Assembly (NCBI GenBank): GCA_038087875.1
Contig: CM075991.1
Location: 10,852,001-10,916,000 of the forward strand
Length of the DNA: 64,000 nucleotides
Direction: 5' to 3'
Source of the DNA: Malacoraja senta
Taxonomy: Eukaryota
Shown: positions 14,341 to 28,875 of the stretch, piece after piece
How positions within the stretch are numbered: the first letter of the stretch is position 1
How the letters are laid out: every line of letters begins with the position of its first letter
Notes under the pieces: generated by a model
Told to the model about the DNA's origin: nothing
Seen by the model: the letters and a program-made list of their open reading frames with translations, nothing else
Databases searched by the model: none
Made by a program: the position numbers and the translations under genes

Positions 14341-15020
14341 TATGAATAAATTAGGATCTGGTGGGTTGGGGGTGGGGTGGGGGGGGGGTCACATCACAAT
14401 GTCTTGAAAGGGCTTATTTATGAAGCTACTCCACCCTTGGAGAAAGGAATCAAATGTTAAGGTTAGAATTGTCAGACAGGTTTATCCAGAAATATACCCA
14501 AGAATTTTCAACAGAGTGCAGGCAGGAGAATTGATGGTTTTATGGGACATCTTAGCATGATAACTAGAAGCAATGTTGAGGGTTGTCTGACTGTTTCTTC
14601 GCTACAGAAAGCTGTGGAGGCCGTCAATGGATATTTTTAAGGCAGAGATACAGTGGACAGATTCTTGATTAGTACGGCTGGCTGGGATTATGGGGAGAAG
14701 GCAGGAGAATGTGGTTAGGAGAGATAGATCAGCCATGATTGAATGGCGGAGTAGGCTTGATGGGCCGAATGGCCTAATTCTGCTCCTATCGCTTATGACT
14801 ACATGACCATTCTCTTCCCACAGATGGACAAAAGTGCTGGAGAAACTCCTTCGCTCCATAGATGCTGCTGCACCCGCTGAGTTTCCCCAGCACTTTTGTC
14901 TACCTCCGATTTTCCAGCATCTGCAGTTCCTTCTTAAACTCTTCCCACAGATGCCGCCTGCCTCGCTGACTTACTCTGGCACTTTGTGCCTTTTAATCTG
15001 TGGCGGGCGAGACATCATCA

Positions 15021-15185
<165 letters not shown>

Positions 15186-15339
15186 TTATTGCTGGGCCTT
15201 GCAAACCCAACTGAGACAGCAGAGGCAGGAACCCCAGGAAGGTCCATCCAAGTGGTGGGACTGTTCCCACTGACCATGCCTTGAAACCTCCAACCAGTTC
15301 TCCAATGCTCCACTTTGTGTCCATCAGAAGGTTGTTGGC

Positions 15340-15706
15340 TGCAACCTTACACTGCAAGGGCTAGGAAGCGAGCGGGCAAGATCATCTCTGACCCCTCTCA
15401 CCCTGGCCACAAACTCTTTGAATCACTTCCCTCTGGAAGGCGACTCCGGACTGTCAATGCCGCCACGGCCAGACATAAAAACAGCTTTTATCCACGAGCA
15501 GAATCTCCACTCAATAATCAAAAATCTGTAGCCTCCTTTTGCTCTGGTATTTAATTTCATTCACATGTTTAAACTATAATGTTTTATTCTTAATGTTTTC
15601 ATGTTTTATTCTTAATTGTTTACTGTATGTCGTGTTGTTATTTGCGAGTGGAGCACCAAGGCAAATTCCTTGTATGTGTACATACTTGGCCAATAAATTA
15701 ATTCAT
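15340..15706 (+). mobile_element. Rex1/Babar-like LINE 3' fragment
   Basis: KIISDPSHPGHKLFESLPSGRRLR..HKNSFYP; tail catacttggccaataaa. Confidence 0.8.
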
Positions 15707-15723
15707 AAACTTTGTGTTGCTCA

Positions 15724-15942
15724 AGGGCCTGTCCCACTTTCACAACCTGATTCACAACCTTTTTTACTCGTGGACATTTTTCATCAGGCTTGAAAAACGC
15801 CCCGACCTACTTGATGCCACGAGTACCTACGACTAGTATCACGACCTACCTACGACCTCGTGACGACCATGCTGCGAGTATGAGTCAAAGGGCAAACTCG
15901 GCACAGGTCGTGAATTAGGTCGTGGAAGTGGGACAGGCCACT
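15724..15942. mobile_element. PIF/Harbinger-type MITE
   Basis: AGGGCCTGTCCCACTT...AAGTGGGACAGGCCACT; flanks TCA/TTA; internal cgacctac repeats. Confidence 0.75.
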
Positions 15943-16730
15943 TTACAGAGCTGGTGCGTGGAATATCTTACCATTCTGGAGCTGCATGCACAGTGTTGGC
16001 ATCAAACAAAGCCCAGAACAGGCTCACTGCCCAATTAACCATGCCCAGGGCAGGAGCAGCACTGGTTTAGCATGGAGTAGCGTACCTTCTACCCTGTCCC
16101 ATCACACAAAGCTGGGGCAGAGTCAGCGTTGGTGGGTTTGCTATAGAGTATAGACACAAAAAACTGGATTAACTCAGCAGATCAGGCAGCATCTCTGTAG
16201 AAACGGAATAGCTGACGTTTCGGGGCTGCAGACTCGCGTCACTGCCTTTGACAGCTGAGCATGAGGTGATGCACATTCTGAATCACCAGGTGAATCACTG
16301 GTTACATCGAAAGAACTTCAGTGCATCATGAGAGAGGTGGGGCTGAATTTCAAACAAGAAACTATTGTAAAATAAATGTTTAATTAAGACTGGGAAGATT
16401 TGTAATGAGTAATGCATCAAGATTTTAAATGCAAATACTGTTCCTAAAATAAAATACCAGACCACAGTCTTCCTTGTTTAATTTTAGTGGCATGACTATT
16501 GTCCAGTGAGATGTGGAAGCGCTGGTTTCAGATCTGCTTTGTTCTGCCCGAAACTTGTTGATCTCCCAGCAGAGTAAGATGTCCGTGAGGGAACTTTGCC
16601 GACCATCCCATTCCAGACTGCAGGAGTACATGCTGAGGAACTCATTGAAGCTCGGTGCAGCCAACGTCAAGGCCACAGTCTAGGGTCCTTCCATAGCAGG
16701 ATATTGGGGTGCAGGGTCGGGTGGAGTCTT

Positions 16731-17515
16731 GGCACGGCACGGTGGCGCAGCGGTAGAGTTTATCCCCGACAGCGCCAGCGGCCCGGGTTCAATCCTGACT
16801 ACATGTGCTGTCACCAGACTGATTCCTGGGATGGCAGGACTTTCATATGAAGAAAGACTGGATAGACTCGGCTTGTACTCGCTAGAATTTAGAAGATTGA
16901 GGGGGGATCTTATAGAAACTTACAAAATTCTTAAGGGGTTGGACAGGCTAGATGCAGGAAGATTGTTCCCGATGTTGGGGAAGTCCAGAACAAGGGGTCA
17001 CAGTTTAAGGATAAGGGGGAAATCTTTTAGGACCGAGATGAGAAAAACATTTTTTACACAGAGAGTGGTGAATCTGTGGAATTCTCTGCCACAGAAGGTA
17101 GTTGAGGCCAGTTCATTGGCTATATTTAAGAGGGAGTTAGATGTGGCCCTTGTGGCTAAAGGGATCAGGGGGTATGGAGAGAAGGCAGGTACCGGATACC
17201 GATTGGGGATGATCAGCCATGATCATATTGAATGGCGGTGCAGGTTCGAAGGGCCGAATGGCCTACTCCTGCACCTATTTTCTATGTCTATGTTTCTATG
17301 TATGGCGTCTGCACGTTCTCCCCGTGACCGCGTGGGTTTTCTCCGGGTGCTCCGGTTCCCTCCCACAATCCAAAGACGTACAGGTTTGTAGGTTAATTGG
17401 CTTCGGTAAGAATTGTACCTAGTGTGTAGGATAGTGCTTGTGTACGGGGTGATCGCTGGTCGGCACGGGCTCGGTGGGCCGAAGGGCCTGATTTCACGCT
17501 GAATCTATAAACTAA
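16731..17515 (+). mobile_element. tRNA-derived V-SINE (HE1-like) split by a CR1 3' fragment (16813-17298)
   Basis: SINE head (A box tggcgcagcgg, B box ggttcaatcc) stops at 16812. CR1 follows (TRLIPGMAGLSYEERL..VVNLWNSLP, tctatg tail). The SINE core resumes at 17299. This explains the chimeric 220-aa ORF. Confidence 0.88.
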
Positions 17516-18294
17516 GATTAAAACCCTCAGACAAGGCAAGGGATATCAATCCGGGGGGGCACATAGTGGCAAGAATACTACAAAATATAACACTAATGAT
17601 GGATGTATGTCTCGATGCTGAGAATGATAGAATAATTTTTTGCACTGTTCTTAGTTTGAACCGGCCCGTCGCGGACGGAGCACGGATTCAGCCGCGGGAC
17701 TGACTTACCATCACCCGGCGGGGTCACAACGTCAGAAGCCTGGATCGCCTCAGCGCAGAGGGAGAACAAAGAGGGAAGAGACAGAGACTTTGAGACTTTT
17801 GCCTCCATCACAGTGAGGAGGCGCCTGGTGAACTCACTGTGGTGGATGTTAATTTGTGTTTATTGTGTGTCTGGTTATTTATTATATGTATGACTGCAGG
17901 CAACGGAATTTCGTTCAGACCGAAAGGTCTGAATGACAATAAAGGAATCTAAGTCAAGTCTAAGTTATTATCTTTGGCTTGGATGTAAAGAAATGCGTGC
18001 CCAGTGCTTTATTTGTGACGGGATGGGCCTGTAGGCACTGTCACCTGCATAAAGTTGAATTTCATTATTTTGTTCACCAGCCACATGACGCATATGTTTA
18101 TTAAAGGTGTGCACCGCCACCTTTTGTCTACAAAATATGCACTAGTTGGAATCATATCTTTGCGTGCAGTCTGTACAGAGGTGGTGGAAAAATGATCTGT
18201 GGGCAGGATCGAAAGAGACTGCAAAATGATGTGGGCAAGTTCAACTGGTTTAGTTTACTCTACAGTACCCGGCCTGGTTGGTTGTTTTTTTTTG

Positions 18295-18607
18295 TTAGTT
18301 TAGAGATACCGCTCGGAAACAGGCCCTTCAGCCCACCGGGTCCACTCCGACCAGCGATCCCCGCACATTAACACTATCCTACACCCACTAGGGACAATTT
18401 TTACATTTACCAAGCCAATTAACCTACAAACCTGTACGTCTTAGGAACGTGGGAGGAAATCAAAGATCTCGGAGAAAAGCCACGCAGGTCACGGGGAAAA
18501 CGTACAAACTCCGTACAGGCAGCACCCGTAGTCGGGATCGAACCCGGGTCTCCGGCGCTGCATTCGCTGTAAGGCAGCAACTCTACCGCTGCGCCACCGT
18601 GACTGCC
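18295..18607 (-). mobile_element. Full-length tRNA-derived V-SINE (representative of ~25 copies or fragments, e.g. 19255-19548+, 27293-27580+, 30513-30800+, 53035-53338-, 57240-57520+)
   Basis: Pol III A/B-box head, V-SINE core (ggagtttgtacgtt..ttcctcccac..aggttaattggc), CR1-like 3' end gggctgaagggcctgtttc. Confidence 0.88.
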
Positions 18608-21600
18608 CTCTCTTGGCATTACCTTGACGTTATGTTGGGCAGAGACATTGTGGGCCACAGTGCATGTCCCTGTGCCGTACTCTTCTATGTATTATGTTCT
18701 ATGTTCTATCCATCATCTCTGTGGGGAGATGAAAGTGTGAGAAATGTTAAAGACATTTGGACAGGTACATGGATTGGATGGGTTTAGAAAGATTTGGGCC
18801 AAACGCAGGCAGGTGGGACTAGTGTAGATGGGACATGTTGGCTGGTGTGGGCAAGTTGGGCCGAAGGATCTGTTTCCACGCTGTATGACACTACGACACC
18901 AAAAAATCAGCTCAATAATGTGGGTTAGCCCACACTATGGGGGTCTTGAATTTGGCTCCTCTTTGAAATATTGCCATGTGAGTTTTTTACTTCCCTCTCG
19001 GATATTATTATAACCTACAGTCACATCTAACATGGAGTTGATCACCACCCTCGCATCTTACTGCACACATGTTGATGGAAGATAGACACAAAAAGCTGGA
19101 GTAACTCACCAGGGCAGGCAGCATTTCTGGAGAGAAGGAATGGGTGCCGCAAAGTTACTCCAGCTTTTTGTGTCTATCTTCGGTCTAAACCAGCATCTGC
19201 AGTTCCTTCCTACAACACATGTTGAAGGAGCAATTCCTGCTGTACACCCTTATAACACGGCACCGTGGCGCAGTGGTAGAGTAGCTGCCTTATAGCGGCA
19301 GAATCCCGGGACCAATCCTGTCTACGGTTGCACTCTGTATGGAGTTTGTATGTTCTCCCCGTGACCTGCGTGGGATCTCCGGTTTCCTCCCAAACTCCAA
19401 AGACGTACAGGTTTATCGGCTAATTGGCTTGGTATATTTGTAAACTGCCCCTAGTGTGTGTAGGATGGTGTTAGTGTGCGGGGATCGCTGGTCGGCCTGG
19501 ACTCGGTGGGGCCGAAGGGCCTGTTTCCATGCTGTAGCTCTAACCTAAACTCATCACCGAAGGATTGTTGCGTCAACATGTCCGATAATGCTGACTGCCG
19601 TACCATTGTAAAGTGGTCAGTGTGGGCTACTTCATCAACATGCTCCAGTAACCCAAGAAAAACAGGACTCGTGACTCTGTCAGAAAAGTGCAGTAGATAT
19701 CATCTGTCGTCAGTCGTAGTGGTGGAATAACAATGTTAAATGGCTATTCAACTTCAACACAGCTGCTGAACAGCCAACAATGTGTAAGTAATTGCATGTA
19801 AGAGCATTGCTGAGCTAATCAAATACAAAATACTGCTTGGAGCATCTTAAACAATTATCTAGCAGAATGCTGTCCAATCCTGTGTTAAGAAAGCTTCATT
19901 TCAATTTACAGAACAATCTTACTCATCACTTAACTATTCATCCCATTGCTGACTAGTTATAAGTACAAATGCAATAATTACAAGTATTTTTCCCAATGTT
20001 CTCTTGTAGAGCCTTACGCCTTGTATTATTATCGTTACTTGTTTGAGTGTTTTTTTTAAAAACTCATGACTTTACAATTGATTTTTCACCCACCCGATAA
20101 CTTTTCCATATCTGAACCCCAACCTCAATCCAGTCACAAAGTCAGATCCATAGATACTTTTATTTTCCAATATCTGCAGCAAGCAGAGTGTGGTCACCCC
20201 TAGGATCAAAGCTTATAGAACATAGAACAGTGCACAGTGTGTGTAGGAAGGACCTGCAGACGCCTATCCACCGGGTGGCGCCAGCAATGGCTGCCTCGCC
20301 AACATTCTGTCTGTCCTTTCTTCAATTTTTGTTATTTTAAGTACTGTACGGGGGTACAGAAAACAGGGCCGGGACGTGAACGCTCTATCCTTGACCCCAG
20401 GAATAGGAGTAGAATTAGGCCATACAGCCTACCATGTCTACTCCGCCATTCAAACATGGCTGATCTATCTCTCCCTCCGAACCCCATTCTCCTGCCTTCT
20501 CCCCATAACCTCAGACACCCATACTCATCAAGAATCTAAGAAAATCGAAGAACCTCACGACATCTAAGGAAAGTGAGGAGCATAGGAACAGAAAACTGGG
20601 CAGGAATTTAACGCACAATGCATTTTAGTAGGAACAATATGCAAAGCCAATCTAGTACAGTTTTGAAGGAACATTAGTGCATTGGGTGCATGTATAGACA
20701 GCTCTGAAGGTGGCAGGGTAGGTTGTAAAGGAATCAAGTACCAATACAAACCCTACTCACCTGTATTCACCTATTACGTACTAGGCTTTGTCCCTCCCCC
20801 ACCTCTCCTTACCAATTTTCAAACCCCTACTCCAATCAGTCTGAGGAAGGGCCCCGACCCAAAAAGTTGTCTGTCCAAATCCTTCCCCAGTTGCCTCCTG
20901 TAAGAAATGTAATAACTTTTAATGTGAACTGAATTGCTCTTCAATTGCTATTTAGTTTGCTATTGCTATTTTATATGTTGCTATTTGAAAGGAAAATATT
21001 AAAAAATAGCATGAAAAAGAAAGCAGGAAAATTGGATTAATTGGGTATGTGCTAGCACAGCTGTGAGGGGCTGAATGGCCTCGTTTAGTTACTTGAATCT
21101 GGCTGGAGAGTTCATCGGATCAATTTCCAGAGGAGTTATGATCAACTCCTCTGGGAGTGGACTTACCTTTGGAGTCGATCACTTGCCTGGGCTCGACGCT
21201 CCAACCACGGCTTGTAGACTTGATCATCGAGAAGCTCGCAGTCTCGGGTAGAGACCGTTGTCGGGGAGCTCCAAACGATGCAGAAGGTTCGACCAGCCCC
21301 AACTCGGGGTCGATCGCCCGGGAGCTGACATCCCCCCCGATGCAGGAACTTGATCGCCCCGACGCAAAGGGCCCGACCGCCGCCTACGGGAGCCAAGATT
21401 GTCCCGTCAACGGAAGGTTCGAGGCCCCACGACCGCGGGAGAACAATGAAGGGATGTGATTGAACTTTTTTTTCGCCTTCCATCACAGTGAGGTATGTGG
21501 AGGAGTCACTGTGTTGGATGTTTATGTTAAAATGTATTTTGTGTGTTTGTTGCTTTTTGAGGCAAATTAAATTCCTCGTATATGTTGCAAAACATAATCG

Positions 21601-23209
21601 GCTAATAAAGTATGATTGTGATTATTATGATTATGATCAAGCGATGTGCGATTCATGCCATCAAAAATGCCATCCTTGGATCCAATGACTAATCCATTGC
21701 TTGGTAACTCATCAGGGCCAATATCAGACTGAGCAGAGTGCAACAGGCAGGAGAAAGAATACATTTCAAAAATAGACAAGAGGTAACAATTGAGATATTC
21801 AAAAATACGTTCTAATAATATAGCAATACAATTGTGTAATATTCAGAGCTGGAACAGTATAATGGATTTTATACATGCAGTGTCAAAACATAATTTAATT
21901 AAAATTTAGTATCAGCTAATTTTGATTTTCACTCAACTCCTGTAAGTGTTCACACTGAATGTGCATTTAGCTAGATTAAATTTCATGACAGATTCTGTAA
22001 TGATAGACAGATGGGCCTGGAGAATGGTTTTTTAAACTATCATGCACTTAATGATAATTAAAAATGAAACTTCAATAATTTTATTCTCATTCATGGGAGA
22101 GCAAATCTCCGCTTAAAAATAGATATATTTTTTGGCAAAATGTGTTCTCTGCTCAAGATTCCTGATTAGGTATCAACAGGCCAGGCACTGGAGAATCCGC
22201 GATTGCTTTGAAGAAAAAGCAATGAAAATGCATGATTGAAGCGGTATAAAAGGAGAAGTCTCATCCAACCAAAAACAGACCCAAAGCGCTGGAGTAATTC
22301 AGTGAGTCAGTCAGCAAAACGATAGTCAAAGAAGCATAGTGATACAGTGTGGAAACAGGCCCTTCGACCCAACTTCCCCACACCGGCCAACATGTCCCAG
22401 CTACACTAGTCCCACCTGCCTGTGCTTGATCCATATCCCTTCAAACCTCTCCTATCCATGTACCTGTCTAACTGTTTCTTAAACGTTGGGATTGTCCCAG
22501 CCTCAACTACCTCCTCTGGCAGCTTGTTCTATACACCCACCACCCTTTGTGTGACAAAGTTACCCCTCGGGTTGGGGGTGTTGAGACACAAGCGACTGCA
22601 GGTGCTGGGATCTGGAGGGGAAAAAAACAAAGCGCTGGAGGAACTCAGCAGACCAGGCAGCATCTGTGGAGGGAAATGGACAGACGACGATGTGGAAAGG
22701 ATGTTTCCACTGGTGGGAGAGTCTAGGACCAGAGGTCATAGCCTCAGAATTAAAGGGCGCTCTTTTGGAAAGGGGGTGAGGAGGAACTTCTTTAGTCGGA
22801 GGGTAGTTAATCTGTGGAACTCATTGACACAGAGAGCTGTGGAGACTAAGTCAGTGGATATATTATTAAGGCAGAGAGAGACAAATTCTTGATTGGAACC
22901 GGTGTTAATGGGTATGGGGAGAAGGCAGAAAAATGGAACGAGTTGCCCGAGGAGATAGTTGAGGCAGGTACTATTTCAACGCTTAAGAAACATTTAGACA
23001 GGTACATGGATATGGCCAGTTTAGAGGGATATGGGCCAAACACAGGGAGATGGGACTAGTGTAGATGGGACATGTTGGTCAGTGTGGGCAAGCTGGGCCG
23101 AAGGGCCTGTTTCACATTGTAAGACTCTTTAAATACCTTTAAAGAACTTCTCTGCTGGAGTAGTTCACTAACCTCCTGGCTGCAGATATAATCAATCAGA
23201 AACATGGTC

Positions 23210-23246
23210 GGGGTGGAAGATTGCACCCTGTTTCGACTAATGCAAT
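23210..23246 (+). mobile_element. Internally deleted 5' end of the HDV-ribozyme-headed element
   Basis: GGGGTGGAAGATTGCA-CCCTGTTTCGACTAATGCAAT matches the 39990-39937 motif minus 16 nt (P3/L3 and part of P1'). Confidence 0.7.
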
Positions 23247-24439
23247 GTCATCTGTGGTAATATTCCTCCTCGTATTCAAAACAGTGCCCTGGAATCTTTA
23301 TTATTGTATGTTATCTGTATGTCGTTGTGTTAATGGGTTTGTCAAGCTGCAGTGAGTGAGAATGTCATTGTTCCATTATCAATAGTTGATTCGTAAGGGT
23401 GTCAAGGGTTATGGGGCAAAGACAGGAGAATGGGATTGAGAGGGAAAGATATATCAGCCACTATTGCATGGCAGAGACCTAATGGGCCGAATGGCCTTAT
23501 TCTGCTCGTATGACTTAGAAACTTATAATACATGTGACAAGTAAATATTGAGTTCTACAGAGGACCTTCCTTTAATATCACATCGTAGTTTCTGCTGTCA
23601 CATTCCGCAGTAATATTTAATTCAGCAATAAATCCTTCAGTAATAATTACAGTGCAGTAATATTGTCAGCTTCTGTAGTATTTGCAATCGAAAATATTTT
23701 AATGTAATGAAAACCAAGAGGAATAAAGCAAAGGAATTGTAAAAGTTTTGAATCATGCCGGTTCTGGGAATTGCTTTGTTTATAGTCAATTATATGAGAA
23801 AACCAGCCTTTTCTTTTTTTTTTGTGAAGAGCAATTCCACTGCACAAATCCAATTTCAATTGGCAGGCTGCTATTAAACTGTGGAGTGCGATGTGACTGA
23901 CTCGGGAATCCTCCACTGCTCCTCGGGTTTTTTTGCTTGGTTGTATTAGAGCGACAGGCTGGAAGACTCACAGTTGCCTCTCCAGAGACAAATGCAGTTT
24001 AAGTGCTGCTCTGTAAAGAGCTCACAGCCCGGCAAGGCGGGACGGCAGCGGCCGAGCATTGACAATGTTTGGTTTTAGTTTAGTTTAGACATACAGTGCA
24101 GAAACGGGCCCTTCGGCTCACTGAGTCCGCACCGACCAGCGATCCCTGCACTATTCTACACACACTCGGGACAATTTACATTTATACCAAGCCAATTAAC
24201 CTGCAAACCAGTACGTCTTTGGAGTGTGGGAGGAAACTGGAGCACCCGGAGAAAACCCACGCAGGTCATGGGGAGAATGCACAAACCGCTGACAGCATAG
24301 CACGCTAACTAAAACGCTCTGGACCCAAAACGTCACCCATTCCTTCTCTCCAGAGACGCTGCCTGTCCCGTTGAGTTACTCCAGCATTTTGTGTCTAAAT
24401 CAGAACCTGTACCATCTCAGCGCATAACATAACAAACCT

Positions 24440-25272
24440 TGACAGCGCAGTCAAATGGTGCGCAGAAAACAACCTCCAGCTTAACACCTCAAAAACCTTA
24501 GAAACCATCATAGATTTCAGGCGCAAACAAAACCTCAAACCCGCGGTCCATGTCAACTCCCATCCCATAACCTCCACGAACTTATTTAAGTTTCTGGGCA
24601 CCTATATCTGCAATAATCTAAAATGGCACATCAATGCTGACCACATCATTAAGAAAGGACAACAACGCCTATACTTCCTCAGACAGCTCAAAAAGTTCAG
24701 AGTCCACAAACACCTCCTGGTCCGCTTCTATCAATCCATCATTGAAAGCATCATCACCTCCTCAATCACAGTCTGGTACGGAAACACTGACAGTCACTCA
24801 CTACACAGAATATAGCGCATTGTCTCCAAGGCCTCTAGGATCATCAACTCTCCCCTCCCCTCAATCCATTCCATTTACCTCCAACGTACCTCAAAACGGG
24901 CAACAAAAATCATCTCGGACCCCTCCCATCCAGCAAACCACCTTTTCCAGTCTCTCCCTTCAGGGAGGCGCCTTAGGTCACTTGCTACAAAATCCACCCG
25001 TTTTAAAAACAGTTTCTTCCCCTCAGCAATAAGAACACTTAATTCCCTCCAATAACTTAATAACTTTTTGACTTTGATGTATACAGTGTCTTGTCTATGG
25101 TTTTTGTCTGTTCTTTTGCACTATGTATTGTTGGTGAGATTTGTGATTTGTGATGTGCTTTATTATTATTGTTGTTAGTGTTGATGTGCTAAAGCAGTGT
25201 ACCATCATGTACCGAACCCAATTACCACCAACCCTGGTCGTGTGGCAAATAAAGTTTCTATTCTATTCTATT
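24440..25272 (+). mobile_element. Second, shorter copy of the Rex1/Babar LINE at 2637-4044
   Basis: Near-identical to 3190-4020; has an extra in-frame stop (ATA TAG vs ATA CAG); (CTATT)n tail. Confidence 0.92.
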
Positions 25273-25606
25273 CCCACTCTCCTGACATGTTGGTTTGAGG
25301 TCTTTCCACATTTTGACACTAAAACAAATGCTTTTTTTTGCACTTTTCATTTCCATGATTTATCTACATTGGATGCTGCATGATATTTTCGGTTTCCTTG
25401 AATGTATTTGGGAGGACAAGTATGAATAACATAACAAATTTAAATACCTCATTGAATACAATCTCTCTTGCTTACTGTGATCAATGAGCTGAGGCTTTGA
25501 ACTTCAAAAAACCTACTAAAACATTCCCTGGATATTGATCAACTTTTTTGTGAGTTTAGGCGCATCATTAACTGGCCCTTGCTCTTGAAGAGTTGAACAA
25601 CACTTA

Positions 25607-25850
25607 AGGGCCTGTCCCACTTAGGGCGATTTTTAGGCGACTGCCGGCGACTGTCATAGTCATAGCAGGTCGCCGAACAAACGGTGAGGGGACCCCCCCT
25701 TCGACATAAAATTTGAAATGGTATAATTATTTTAACAACACTACTTCATTACTTAACGAAGTCAGCACCGGCGACAACCTACGTCAAGCTGGCGACAACC
25801 TACGTTAACCTGGCGACAACCTACATTAACCTGGCGACAACCTACGACAG
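25607..25850. mobile_element. One-ended Harbinger-type MITE with a 21-bp tandem array
   Basis: TTA|AGGGCCTGTCCCACTT left end; ~4 copies of CTGGCGACAACCTACGTTAAC at ~25770-25850; right TIR not found. Confidence 0.7.
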
Positions 25851-28800
25851 TTACTTTGAACACATTTTAGATTTTCCCTTTAAAATGCTCTTCCGCATCT
25901 GAGCAGATAAGGTCAACCTTCTTCACCTCTTTGACCATGAGTGTGTCCCCGCACTGTCAACTGCAGCCAGAGCTAACCGCCCTCGAAGTTAAAATCCTTG
26001 TAGGATGATGTTCACCTGAACTACTGCCTTGCCATTGCCTCTGTCCCAATACTGAGAGACCACAACATGATTAAAACTTTGTGTAGGAAGGAACTGCAGA
26101 TTCTGTCTTACACCGAAGATAGACACAAAATGGTGGAGTAACTCAACGGGTCAGGCAGCATCCATGGATGACCGCGTAGGTTTTATCCAAGATCTTCGGC
26201 TTCCCCCCACACTACAAAGACGTACAGGTTTGTAGGCTAATTGACTTGGTATAAGTGTAAATTGCTGGCTCGAAGGGCCGAATGGCCTACTCCTGCACCT
26301 GTTTTCTATGTTTCTATGTTTCACCCAGGTGAATGTGCAAATCATATACAGAGAACAGAGAGGCTTTGAAGAGATGCAAAGGGACTTTGGGGAGAAATAC
26401 AGAGGCTTCAGGTGATGTTGCAGGTTGAGACCCTTCTTCAGACTGAGAGTCTCAGGTCCCGACCAGAAACGTCACCTATTATTTTTCTCTTGTATAACTA
26501 AAATTTGACTGCTTATTGCCTCCCAGTAGCTCAGTACCTTTGCGCTGAATTGTTGAACTCAGCACCAAATATGCGAGGCTTTCTGCAGTTAATAAAAACT
26601 CAATAAAAATGTTAATTCAAAAATAAATTAGTTTCTAAAGCCCATGAATAGGATATTTATTTCATTTACCAGTTCAGTGGAATTACATTGCATGGCAAAT
26701 GTTCAATTAATCAACATCTGTTTTCCAAATAACATTATTCTAATATAGTGACATCAATGTCCGAAAACAATGTGTGAAGCTTAGCATCAGGAACAGAGTT
26801 TTATGTGGTTTTATGCGTATTAATTATTTAGGTTGAAATCATTGAAAATATAGTAAATGTAACAGAAATTCCATTAAAGAAAATTAAAGCATCAATTTCT
26901 GCACCGGATTGATGTACTAATCAAATAATTCTCTTTTTCAATAAAGCTGTTCCAGCTCCTTGCATGAAGTCTCGACACTGACTATTAGATACATATGAGG
27001 GCTTTTGTATAAACGCCATCCCGCGCATTTTTGGGATGTGGGAGGAAATTGGAGCACCCGAATTGGAAACCCACATTGTCGCAGGGGAGAACATGCAAAC
27101 TCCACATTGACAGCACCCCAGGCTAGGATTGAACCTGGGTCTCTGGCGCTGCGAGGCAGCAGCTCTACCAGCTGGCCCTTTGAAGAAACCACCTCTCCCT
27201 CTGTAATATTTGTCAACACCCATACCAAGACCTAGTAGCCCATTCCAATATCCCTCTCATGTGCCTATGCAGCAGAAAGCATAGTTTACAAAGGGCGGCA
27301 CAGTGGTGTCGCGGTAGAGTTGCTGCCTTACTGCGCTGGAGACCCGGGTTCAATCCTGACTATGGGTGCTGTCTGTACTGAATTTGTAGCTTTGCTCCCT
27401 GTGAGCACGTGGGTTTTCTCCGGGTGCTCCGGTTTCCTCCCACTTTCCAAAGAAGTGCAGGTTTGTAGGTTAATTTGCTTTTGCAAATTGTCCCTGGCGT
27501 GTAGGATAGGACGGGTAATCGCTGGTCGGCGTGGACTCGGTGAGCTGAAGGGCCTGTTTCCACGCTGCATCTCTAAACTAAACGAGTAACTGCAGATGGA
27601 CAAAACTGCCGGAGAAACTTAGCGGGTGAGGCAGCATCTATGACCCTTAAGGGTGTCTACCCGAAACGTCGCCTATTCCTTCGCTCCATTGATGCTGCCT
27701 CACCCGCTGAGTTTCTCCAGCAGTTTTGTCTACCTTCAATTTTTACAGCATCTGCAGTTCTTCTTAAACAAGTAACTGCAGATGCTGGTTTACAAAAAAA
27801 ACCATACAAAGTACGGTAGGCAGAGGGGAACTGGCAGGTGATGGCTTCTCTTGCGCTCCCACCTAGCTCCCTTGTTTCTTTGAGAGGTTTGGAAAATACA
27901 GCACAGAATGCTTGCTGCACTTCATCTTATGGATAAGTTGTCATTGCTTCCAACGTTGGAAACTTCTCGAGCTGAAAGAGTGTTGCTTTAACAGTGAAAT
28001 AAAACCAACATAATGATGACGTCCAAAGTCAATAGGGATTTGCTCTGTACTCTTGTAGGCGGACACCACACGACAGCTCTTAAATCAACTTTCAGCTGAA
28101 GTGGTGACAAGTGAGTTATTTGGCAGAGAAACGCACTTGACAATTCATTCTGCACCAGTTAATTGGGGAGCTGATTAAATGTCCACTCTCTCACATTGGA
28201 CAAATTGTCCAATGTGCTTCAAGGAACAGAAATCATTTGCTCAGCTTGCCTGAGAAGCCCATCGATATGCAGAATGGAATTGTCAATTCACTTCCCCACC
28301 TCCTATTGAAGCTGCAGTCAGAGATATCTTCACTTCAACCAAGCGCAAGGGCTTCACAGACTAGGGCGGCAAGGTGGCACAGCGGTAGAGTCGTTGCCTT
28401 GCGGCCTTTGCAGCGGCAGAGACCCAGGTTCGATCCCGACTACGGGTGCTGTCTGTCGGTTCTCCCCGTGACCGCGTAGGTTTTCTCCGAGATCTTCGGT
28501 TTCCACCCACACTACAAAGACGTACAGGTTTGTAGGCTAATTGGCTTGGTATAAGTGTAAATTGCTGGCTCGAAGGGGCCGAATGGCCTACTCCTGCACC
28601 TGTGTTCTATGCTTCACCCAGGTGAATGTGCAAATCATATACAGTGAACAGAGAGGTTTTGAAGAGATGCGAAGGGAATTTGGGGAGAAGTACAGAAGCT
28701 TGGGGGAGATGTAGAGAGATTCTGAAGAGATAGAGATAAGGTGAAGTGAATGGGTAAGTATATAATGGAGAGAATGTATTGAGTATGGTCATCCAATTTG

Positions 28801-28875
28801 GTAGAAAACATAGGTACAGAAAATCAGTAATGAGATGAAAACATATATATCAGTGACTCCTGATATGTGACAAAC

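Noticed and set aside
18520..18607. tRNA-like sequences with A and B boxes
   Set aside because: They are SINE heads continuous with the V-SINE core and CR1-type tail, not tRNA genes.
23700..24060. Repeat-free stretch that might be an enhancer or conserved non-coding element
   Set aside because: No evidence is available from the sequence alone; needs cross-species alignment.
25770..25850. 21-bp direct repeats resembling a CRISPR array
   Set aside because: Head-to-tail with no spacers, inside a MITE, in vertebrate DNA with no cas genes.
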